DNA from: an uncultured Chloroflexia bacterium
Lineage (GTDB): Bacteria > Chloroflexota > Limnocylindria > Limnocylindrales > CSP1-4
Length of the DNA: 64,000 nucleotides
Direction of reading: 5' to 3'
Assembly (NCBI GenBank): GCA_963721015.1
Contig: CAVRHM010000006.1
Coordinates: 914,154 to 978,153, forward strand
Below the pieces are notes generated by a model. That model was not told the origin of the DNA. It made no database searches and worked only from the letters and a program-made list of their open reading frames with translations. Shown here one piece after another: positions 56,893 through 64,000 of the stretch (its first letter is position 1; every line of letters begins with the position of its first letter). The translations under genes and the position numbers were made by a program.

Positions 56893-58599
56893 ATGAGCTT
56901 CCCGTCCGACCTCGATATCGCCCGTTCCGTCACCCCGCGACCCATCGTCGACATCGCCGCCGAGCTGGGCATCCGCGATGACGAGCTGGAGCTCTACGGC
57001 CCGACCAAGGCCAAGGTCACCCTGGAGGCCATCACCCGGCTCGAGGCCGAGCGGCCACGGGGCAAGTACGTCGTCGTCACCGCGATCACCCCGACGCCCC
57101 TCGGCGAAGGCAAGTCGACGACGACGGTCGGCCTGGCCCAGGGCCTCAACAAGATCGGCAAACGCGCCTCGGTCAACATCCGTCAGCCGTCGCTCGGGCC
57201 GGTCTTCGGGATCAAGGGCGGCGCCGCGGGCGGCGGCTACAGCCAGGTCATCCCGATGGAGGACTTCAACCTCCACCTGACCGGCGACGTCCATGCCATC
57301 GGCGCGGCCCATAACCTCGCGGGGGCGTTCATCGACAACAGCCTCCACCACAAGAACCCGCTGGGTATCGACCCGCATGGGATCCTCTGGCCGCGGGTCG
57401 TCGACATCAGCGACCGGGCGCTGCGCAACGTGATCATCGGCCTGGGTGGCCGCGAGGATGGTGTCCCGCGCCAGACCCAGTTCGTCATCACCGTCGGCTC
57501 CGAGGTCATGGCGGTCCTGGCCCTGGCCACCGACCTGTTCGACCTGCGGTCCCGGCTCGGGCGGATCGTCCTGGCCACCCGCCCGGATGGCAGCGCCGTC
57601 ACCGCCGACGACCTGGGCGTCGCCGGCGCGATGACCGTCCTGCTCCGCGACGCCATCAAGCCGAACCTCCTCCAGACCCTGGAGGGCGGGCCGGCCTTCG
57701 TCCACGCCGGACCCTTCGCCAACATCGCCCACGGCAACAACTCGATCATCGCTGACCGGCTGGCGCTCCACACCAACGACATCGTGTGCACAGAGGCCGG
57801 CTTCGGGGCCGACATGGGCGCCGAGAAGTTCTTCGACATCAAGTGCCGGGCATCCGGCCTGAAGCCGGACGCGGCCGTCGTGGTGGCCACGGTCCGCGCC
57901 CTCAAGATGCACGGCGGCGTGGGCAAGATCGTGGCCGGCAAGCCGCTCGACCCGGCCCTCCTCGAAGAGAACGTCGAGGCCGTCCGGACCGGGGCCGGGA
58001 ACCTGGCCAAGCACATCGAGATCGTCCGCCAGTACGGGATCCCTGCGGTCGTGGCCATCAACTCGTTCCCGACGGACACGCCGGCCGAGGTCGAGGCCAT
58101 CCGCGAGGTCGCCCTCGCGGCCGGCGCGAGCGACGCCGTCCTCGCCACGCACTTCGTCGATGGCGGCGACGGCGCGACGGAGCTGGCGGGAGCGGTCTGG
58201 GCCGCGACCGAGGACCCGAGCCGCGACTTCCGGCTGCTGTATCCCGACGAAGCGCCGCTGGGCGAGAAGATCGAGACGATCGTCACCCGGATCTATGGCG
58301 CGGACGGGTTCGACCTGACGCCGGCGGCCAAGAAGCAGCTCAAGCAGTACGAGGATCTGGGCTATGGCCACCTGCCCGTGTGCATGGCCAAGACCCAGTA
58401 CTCCCTGAGCCACGACGCCAACCTCAAGGGCCGCCCGTCCGGCTTCACGGTCCCGATCCGCGAGATCCGCCTGTCGGCCGGGGCCGGGTTCATCACCCCG
58501 ATCTGCGGGGACATGCGGACGATGCCAGGCCTGCCGTCCAAGCCGGGTGGCGAGAACATCGACATCGACGCCGACGGGAACGTCGTCGGCCTGTTCTAG
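56893..58599 (+). CDS. fhs: Formate--tetrahydrofolate ligase
   Basis: TAITPTPLGEGKSTT, RQPSLGP.FGIKGGAAGGGYSQ, HAGPFANIAHG, EAGFGADMG, MAKTQYS, MPGLP. Confidence 0.97.
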   Translation: MSFPSDLDIARSVTPRPIVDIAAELGIRDDELELYGPTKAKVTLEAITRLEAERPRGKYVVVTAITPTPLGEGKSTTTVGLAQGLNKIGKRASVNIRQPSLGPVFGIKGGAAGGGYSQVIPMEDFNLHLTGDVHAIGAAHNLAGAFIDNSLHHKNPLGIDPHGILWPRVVDISDRALRNVIIGLGGREDGVPRQTQFVITVGSEVMAVLALATDLFDLRSRLGRIVLATRPDGSAVTADDLGVAGAMTVLLRDAIKPNLLQTLEGGPAFVHAGPFANIAHGNNSIIADRLALHTNDIVCTEAGFGADMGAEKFFDIKCRASGLKPDAAVVVATVRALKMHGGVGKIVAGKPLDPALLEENVEAVRTGAGNLAKHIEIVRQYGIPAVVAINSFPTDTPAEVEAIREVALAAGASDAVLATHFVDGGDGATELAGAVWAATEDPSRDFRLLYPDEAPLGEKIETIVTRIYGADGFDLTPAAKKQLKQYEDLGYGHLPVCMAKTQYSLSHDANLKGRPSGFTVPIREIRLSAGAGFITPICGDMRTMPGLPSKPGGENIDIDADGNVVGLF

Positions 58600-58605
58600 C
58601 GACCC

Positions 58606-59208
58606 TCAGCGCTCGCCGGGGGTGCGCCGACGCCAGATCCCCACGAAGCCGGCGACGAGACCGACCGCGAACAGACCCACGAGGACCACCGGCAGGAGCG
58701 CCATGACGGTCGCTGTCGGGTCGTCCGTCGGCGGCGTCGTCGGCTCCGCCGATGGCGGCGCGCTCGCGACGGCCTGCGGCGCCCCGAGCGTCGCCACCGC
58801 CTTGGCCAGGACGGCCTGACCCTCCGGCGTCCCCAGGTCGGCCACCACGGAGCACAGGTTCAGGGCGAGCCGGCCGGACTCCGCCGTATACGGCATGAAC
58901 AGGTACTCGCGGCCGGCCGGCGGTGCCGACATCCCACACATGCTGGACTCGCCGCCCTCGACCTGGACGATGACCACGTCCATGGGCGTCGCCGGGCCGG
59001 GGAACCAGCCGGTCACGCTGACCGGCAACGCGTCACCGACCGCCGGCCCGGCCTCGCCCGTGAAGGCGATCGTGGCCGGATCCTCGGCCGCCATCGTGAT
59101 GATGTCCTCCGGAGCCACGCACGAGCAGGCGACGGTGATCCGGGGGACGGCCAGCTGGACCGTGGCCGAGACGGCGAGTGCCAGGAGCAGGACGGCGAGG
59201 CGGCGCAT
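58606..59208 (-). CDS. Exported, C-terminally anchored protein with TIMP/NTR-like CSC N-terminus
   Basis: Signal peptide ending TVA|CSCV; later C-G and NLCS; Pro/Thr linker, TM helix and RRR tail. Confidence 0.65.
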   Translation of the reverse strand: MRRLAVLLLALAVSATVQLAVPRITVACSCVAPEDIITMAAEDPATIAFTGEAGPAVGDALPVSVTGWFPGPATPMDVVIVQVEGGESSMCGMSAPPAGREYLFMPYTAESGRLALNLCSVVADLGTPEGQAVLAKAVATLGAPQAVASAPPSAEPTTPPTDDPTATVMALLPVVLVGLFAVGLVAGFVGIWRRRTPGER

Positions 59209-59274
59209 GCCAGCGAGACGGGCGCCCGGCCCGAGTTGTTGCGTTCCGTCGCGGTCGGATCGGGGCCGGGCGCG

Positions 59275-59496
59275 TCAGCCCGGTGCCGGCATCGTGGCGA
59301 TGACGAACGCGACGGTCACGACGAGGCCGAGGGCCACACCCAGCAGGCCGGCACCCCAGGCCATGACGTCGATCGGGCCAAGGGCGGCCTCCCCGTGCGC
59401 GTGATCGTCATGCCCGTGGTCGTCGCCGTGATCGCCGGTCACGTGGTGCGCGACCGCGCCATCGTGGCCGGGAGTGTCGCTGTCGTGGATCGTCAT
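59275..59496 (-). CDS. Small His/Asp-rich single-TM protein
   Basis: SD GGAGG; MTIHDSDTPGHDGAVAHHVTGDHGDDHGHDDHAHG followed by a TM helix. Confidence 0.7.
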   Translation of the reverse strand: MTIHDSDTPGHDGAVAHHVTGDHGDDHGHDDHAHGEAALGPIDVMAWGAGLLGVALGLVVTVAFVIATMPAPG

Positions 59497-59565
59497 CTCG
59501 TCGCGGTTCCTCCGTCGGCATCGTCGCATAGCGCTCCGGCCGGCGCACGCCCATAGACTCCGGAG

Positions 59566-60882
59566 ATGGCGACGCCCAGCTCCCACCCGGCCGGCCTGGT
59601 CGATGGCTCCCTCATCGCGAGCCTGCGCGCCCTCGACCGCGACGGCCGGCGGCTGTTCGCCATGCGCCTCGCCCGGATGTTCGCGTACGGGTCGATCGCC
59701 GTCGTCCTTGTCCTGTACCTCGCGGAAGCCGGCCTCGACGCGCTGGCCATCGGGATCCTGCTGACCCTGACCCTGGTCGGCGACGCGGTCATCTCGCTCG
59801 TGCTGACGACCCACGCCGACCGGATCGGGCGTCGCCGGGTCCTGGCCCTCGGCGGGCTGCTGATGGTCATCGGCGGCGTGATCTTCGCCACGACCGACCT
59901 GCTGCCGTTCCTCCTCCTGGCCGGGATCATCGGGGTCATCTCCCCGACCGGCAGCGAGGTCGGCCCGTTCCTGGCGGTCGAGCAGGCGGCCCTCAGCCAG
60001 GTGACGGCGGACCGGCGGCGGACCGCGGTCTTCGCCTGGTACAACGTCGCCGGCTACCTGGCCGTGGCGGTCGGCTCACTCGCCGCCGGGCTCGTCAGCC
60101 AGGCGTTGCTGGCGTCGGGCGCCAGCCCGCTGGACGCCTACCGGGCCGTCGTCGTCGGCTACGCGGCCATCGGTCTCGCGCTCGTCGCGATCGCCTGGAC
60201 GCTCGGCCCCGGTATCGAGGTCGTCGCAGCGCCGGACGATGGCCTCCGCCGCCGGCTCGGTCTCGGGCGCTCCCGGTCCATCGTCGCCCGGCTGTCCGCG
60301 CTGTTCGCCCTCGATGCCTTCGGCGGCGGGTTCATCCCGCAGAGCCTCATCGCCTACTGGTTGCACCTCGCGTTCGGCGTCGAGCCGGCCGGCCTCGGGG
60401 CGATCTTCTTCGTGACCAACGTGCTGGCTGCGGTCTCCGCCCTGTCGGCCGCCCGGATCGCGGCGCGCATCGGGCTCATCCGGACGATGGTCTTCACCCA
60501 CCTGCCGTCGAACGTCCTGCTCATCCTGCTGCCGTTCATGCCGACCCTGCCGCTGGCCGTCGTGACGCTCCTGGCCCGGTCCTTGCTCAGCCAGATGGAC
60601 GTGCCGACCCGGCAGTCCTACGTCATGGCCGTGGTCGATCCGGACGAACGCTCGGCCGCCGCCGGCGTGACCGGCATCGCCCGGACCTTCGGGTCCGCCG
60701 TGTCGCCGTCGCTGTCGAGCGTGCTCATGGCGAGTGCCGGCTACGTCGCCGCGCCGTTCGTGCTGGCGGGCGGCCTGAAGATCGTCTACGACCTGTTGCT
60801 CTACCGCGACTTCCGGAGCGTCCGCCCGCCGGAGGAGCAGCCGACGGTCACGGTGTCGCCCGAGCGGCCCGCCGGGGCTTGA
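59566..60882 (+). CDS. MFS transporter
   Basis: 12-TM pattern; ADRIGRRR, EVGPFLAVEQA, SQMDVPTRQSY. Confidence 0.88.
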   Translation: MATPSSHPAGLVDGSLIASLRALDRDGRRLFAMRLARMFAYGSIAVVLVLYLAEAGLDALAIGILLTLTLVGDAVISLVLTTHADRIGRRRVLALGGLLMVIGGVIFATTDLLPFLLLAGIIGVISPTGSEVGPFLAVEQAALSQVTADRRRTAVFAWYNVAGYLAVAVGSLAAGLVSQALLASGASPLDAYRAVVVGYAAIGLALVAIAWTLGPGIEVVAAPDDGLRRRLGLGRSRSIVARLSALFALDAFGGGFIPQSLIAYWLHLAFGVEPAGLGAIFFVTNVLAAVSALSAARIAARIGLIRTMVFTHLPSNVLLILLPFMPTLPLAVVTLLARSLLSQMDVPTRQSYVMAVVDPDERSAAAGVTGIARTFGSAVSPSLSSVLMASAGYVAAPFVLAGGLKIVYDLLLYRDFRSVRPPEEQPTVTVSPERPAGA

Positions 60883-61510
60883 TGATGCGCAGCCAGATCC
60901 AGGCCAGGACGATGACGACGAGGACGGCCACGATCGCGTACTCGAAGCGCTTGAGCCACGCGCCGACGTCCTCCCAGTTCGCGCCGAGCTGGACGCCGAC
61001 GAACACGAGGAAGGCCGTCCACGGCAGCGACCCGAGGAACGAGAACACCGTGAACCGCACGAGGTTCATGTGGCCGATCCCGGCGCCGAACGACACCAGC
61101 GAGCGGATGACCGGGATCATCCGGCCGAAGAAGCTGGCGGCCTCGCCGTGCTTGGCGAAGAACGCGTCGGCCTTGTCGAGGTCCTGCGCCGTCACGCCGA
61201 TGTAGCGGCCCCAGCGTTCGAGGATGGGCCGCCCGCCCCACCACCCGATGGCGTAGGCGATGAGCGCGCCGACCGTCGCGCCCAGCGTGCCCGCCAGCAC
61301 GGTCAGCCAGAAATCCCAGGGCTGGCCGGTGATCGGCTCGAGCGCCGTGCCCTCGCCGACGAGGAAGCCCGCGAACGGGAGGACCAGCTCGGATGGGATG
61401 GGGATGACGACGCTCTCGATGGCCACCCACAGGGCGACGCCGAGGTAGCCGACCGCTTCGTAGATCTGGGTGACCAGGTCGCGGACCGGCCCGTTCAGGA
61501 AGTCGAACAC
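60848..61510 (-). CDS. DedA-family membrane protein
   Basis: ES..IPIPSELVLPFAG, GA...Y.IG..GG, FFGRMIP.IR, GANW. Confidence 0.92.
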   Translation of the reverse strand: MFDFLNGPVRDLVTQIYEAVGYLGVALWVAIESVVIPIPSELVLPFAGFLVGEGTALEPITGQPWDFWLTVLAGTLGATVGALIAYAIGWWGGRPILERWGRYIGVTAQDLDKADAFFAKHGEAASFFGRMIPVIRSLVSFGAGIGHMNLVRFTVFSFLGSLPWTAFLVFVGVQLGANWEDVGAWLKRFEYAIVAVLVVIVLAWIWLRIIKPRRAARATP

Positions 61511-61542
61511 GGCCGGGAGTCTAGCCGACTATCCTCGGGACC

Positions 61543-63201
61543 GTGACCGAGCCGAACGTCCCGCATCGCGACCCGGACCTCGCGGCGCGACGCCGGGCCC
61601 GAGGCCCCGGCGACGCGGACCCGGTCATCCTCACCGGCGCGGACCTGACGGTCGACGATGTCGAGGCGGTCGCCCGGCACGGCGCGCCCGTGGCGCTCGA
61701 CATCCACGCGCGCGAGCGGATGCAGGAAGCGCGTGACGTCATCGAGTCCCTAGTCGCGGAGGGCGCCGTCGTCTACGGCGTGACGACCGGGTTCGGCGAT
61801 CTCGCGTCGACCTCCATCGAGCCGTCGCAGACCGGCCGACTCCAGGAGAACCTCCTGATGAGCCACGCGGCGGGCGTCGGTCCGACGTTCCCGCGCGAGG
61901 TCGTCCGGGCGATGCTCCTGCTCCGGGCGAACACGCTGGCCCTCGGCCACAGCGGGTGCCGGCCCGAGATCGTCGACCGGCTGCTCGATCTCCTGCGGCT
62001 GGGCGTGCACCCGGTCGTGCCCGAGCAGGGGAGCGTCGGGGCGTCCGGCGACCTGGCCCCGCTCGCCCACCTCGCCCTGCCGCTCATCGGGCGTGGCCAG
62101 GCCGAGCTCCACGGCCAGGTGGTCCCGGGCCTCATGGCTCTCCGCGAAGTCGGGCTGGAGCCGCTGACCCTGGGACCCAAGGAGGGCCTGGCCCTGCTCA
62201 ACGGGACCCAGATGATGACCGCCCTGGCGGCCCTCTTCCTGGCCGATGCGGATCGCCTGACCCGCACGGCGAGCGTCGCCGCCGCGCTGTCGGTCGAGGC
62301 CCTGCTGGGCACGGATGTCGCCTTCGCGGCGGCCTACCAGCTCGCTCGCCCGCACCCGGGCCAGATCGCCGTGGCCGCCGAGCTCCGCCACCTCCTGCGC
62401 GACAGCGGCCTCCAGGCGTCCCACCACGGGCATGACCACAAGGTCCAGGACCCGTACTCGCTGCGCTGCGTGCCCCAGGTCCACGGGGCCGTCCGCGACA
62501 CCCTTGACCATCTCCGCCGGGTCCTGGACATCGAGCTCAACTCGGCCACGGACAACCCGCTGGTCTTCCCGGGCGGGGGCGTCGCCGATGTCGGGACGAT
62601 CGCCACGGGCGGCGGCCGGGTCATCAGCGGCGGCAACTTCCACGGTGAGCCGATCGCCCTGGCCATGGATGTCGCCAAGCTGGCCGTCGCCGAGCTCGGC
62701 TCGATCAGCGAGCGGCGCACCGCGCTCCTCGTCGACCCGCGCCTGAACGGCGGGTTGCCGCCGTTCCTGGCGGCCGCCTCCGGCGTCGAGTCGGGGATGA
62801 TGATCTACCAGTACACGGCCGCGGCCCTGGTCTCGGAGCACAAGGTCCTCGCCCATCCGGCGACCGCCAATTCCATCCCGACGTCGGCCAACCAGGAGGA
62901 CCACGTCTCGATGGGCTCGATCGCCGCCCGTCATGCCCGGACGGTCCTCGAGGGCGTCGAGCGGATCCTCGCCATCGAGCTGGTCGTCGCCGCCCAGGCG
63001 CTCGACCTCCGGCTGACGGCGATGGCCGGCGAGGACGGCGGCGAGCCCGCGCCACGACCCGGCGCGGGCGTCGCCGAGGCCCATGACCGGATCCGGGCCG
63101 TGGTCGCCCACCTTGACCGCGATCGCGAACCCGGGCCGGACCTGGCCGCGGCCACCACGCTCGTCCACGCGGGCACGCTCGCGGAGTTGGCCGGACCCTG
63201 A
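61543..63201 (+). CDS. hutH: Histidine ammonia-lyase
   Basis: VYGVTTGFG, GSVGASGDL (MIO-forming ASG), KEGLALLNGTQ, VQDPYSLRC.PQVHG, GGNFHG, NQEDHVSMG. Confidence 0.95.
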   Translation: MTEPNVPHRDPDLAARRRARGPGDADPVILTGADLTVDDVEAVARHGAPVALDIHARERMQEARDVIESLVAEGAVVYGVTTGFGDLASTSIEPSQTGRLQENLLMSHAAGVGPTFPREVVRAMLLLRANTLALGHSGCRPEIVDRLLDLLRLGVHPVVPEQGSVGASGDLAPLAHLALPLIGRGQAELHGQVVPGLMALREVGLEPLTLGPKEGLALLNGTQMMTALAALFLADADRLTRTASVAAALSVEALLGTDVAFAAAYQLARPHPGQIAVAAELRHLLRDSGLQASHHGHDHKVQDPYSLRCVPQVHGAVRDTLDHLRRVLDIELNSATDNPLVFPGGGVADVGTIATGGGRVISGGNFHGEPIALAMDVAKLAVAELGSISERRTALLVDPRLNGGLPPFLAAASGVESGMMIYQYTAAALVSEHKVLAHPATANSIPTSANQEDHVSMGSIAARHARTVLEGVERILAIELVVAAQALDLRLTAMAGEDGGEPAPRPGAGVAEAHDRIRAVVAHLDRDREPGPDLAAATTLVHAGTLAELAGP

Positions 63202-63247
63202 GCATCGTCCGGCGGCCGCCAGGCGGCAAGGCGCCCGCGACGGAACG

Positions 63248-63853
63248 CTACGGCGCGCGCCCCCGATAGCCGACCCGCTCGAGGGCCGCGTCGATCTCCT
63301 GCCGATAGGGCAGGCCCTCGCGGCGCTGGACCAGCCACTCGAGGTAGCCGGGGTCGACCCGGGCGATCTCTCCGATCGACCAGCCGATGTGCCGCCCGAA
63401 GCGCAGGACGCTGCCCGATGGCCGTCCGGGCGGTGGCCCGGCGCCGCCAGTGCCATCCCGAGCCGCTTGCCACTGGGGCCGGTCACGCTGGCCGGCGTCG
63501 GCCGCCGGGGCCGTGCGCGGTGGGGGCGACCCGGTAGCCGAGGGCCGGCGCGCGCTGGTCCGGCGCGGGGCCGGCGCGGCATCGGCGGGCGCCGCAGGTC
63601 CGGCGGACCAACCGTCCTCGCTGGCGAACTCGAGGCGCCGCTTGGCGGTCCGGATGGCATCGAACGCGGCATTGATCCGGATCATCATCGGCGTGGCGCG
63701 CTCACCCGCGAGGTCCGGGTGGTAGCGGCGCGCGAGATCCCGGTAGGCCGCCGCGATGGTCGCGTCGGTGGCCTGCCTCGAGACCCCCAGGATCACGTAC
63801 GGATCGTCGTCCCCAGCCGTCGTCCTGCCCTCACGTCGTCGGACGGACATCAT
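63248..63853 (-). CDS. J-domain protein with C-terminal FG..GW...DPGYLEWL domain
   Basis: DPY.ILGV......I..AYR.LA..YHPD....M..IN.AF; C-terminal LRFGRHIGWSIGEIARVDPGYLEWL. Confidence 0.85.
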   Translation of the reverse strand: MMSVRRREGRTTAGDDDPYVILGVSRQATDATIAAAYRDLARRYHPDLAGERATPMMIRINAAFDAIRTAKRRLEFASEDGWSAGPAAPADAAPAPRRTSARRPSATGSPPPRTAPAADAGQRDRPQWQAARDGTGGAGPPPGRPSGSVLRFGRHIGWSIGEIARVDPGYLEWLVQRREGLPYRQEIDAALERVGYRGRAP

Positions 63854-63899
63854 CGGCCACGGAGACCCGCCACGTCACGCCCGGGCTAGACTCCGGCCG

Positions 63900-64000
63900 A
63901 TGGCCAGCCTCGCTCGGATCAGCATCTTCGACGTCACCGACCTCGACGCCTTCGGCCGGATCCCGCCCTGCGCGGACCCCGGCTTCGACCATCGGACGTG
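63900..64000 (+). CDS. 5' fragment of an uncharacterised gene
   Basis: TAGACT + 7 nt + ATG; MASLARISIFDVTDLDAFGRIPPCADP... open to the window edge. Confidence 0.45.
   Translation, partial: MASLARISIFDVTDLDAFGRIPPCADPGFDHRT

Overview
High-GC bacterial chromosome segment. The Flp pilins, GAAC-N4-GTTC SOS boxes, frequent leaderless genes and gene set suggest Chloroflexota, possibly Limnocylindria (inference). From left to right: (1) a Flp/Tad pilus locus with cpaB and four tandem pilins, translationally coupled to a DegS/DegU-like two-component cassette and two ArnT/PMT-type transferases; (2) a roughly 30 kb surface-glycosylation region with about nine GT-C-fold transferases (eleven in the window), two polyprenyl-phosphate sugar synthases, a YIDPGSGS peptide / NoeA-like kinase-methyltransferase / triple sulfatase-fold module, and a WbpABED-like diacetamido-uronic acid pathway; (3) the best candidate for a new system, at 36.5-44.1 kb: a c-di-GMP-II riboswitch with an overlapping terminator controls a 29-aa peptide with a Cys-less lipobox-like motif, a membrane HD-GYP protein and a DUF5317 (LspA-like motifs)-MFS fusion, downstream of a STAND-TPR-SARP regulator, with a lower-GC variable core; (4) housekeeping genes: dnaB, lexA, rplI, dinB followed by a LexA-boxed small gene, cyclodeaminase-folD-fhs, MFS, dedA, hutH and a J-domain gene. 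Eight single-base frameshifts in seven otherwise intact genes point to long-read indel errors rather than real pseudogenes. All family assignments come from motif recognition by eye; no database searches were run.
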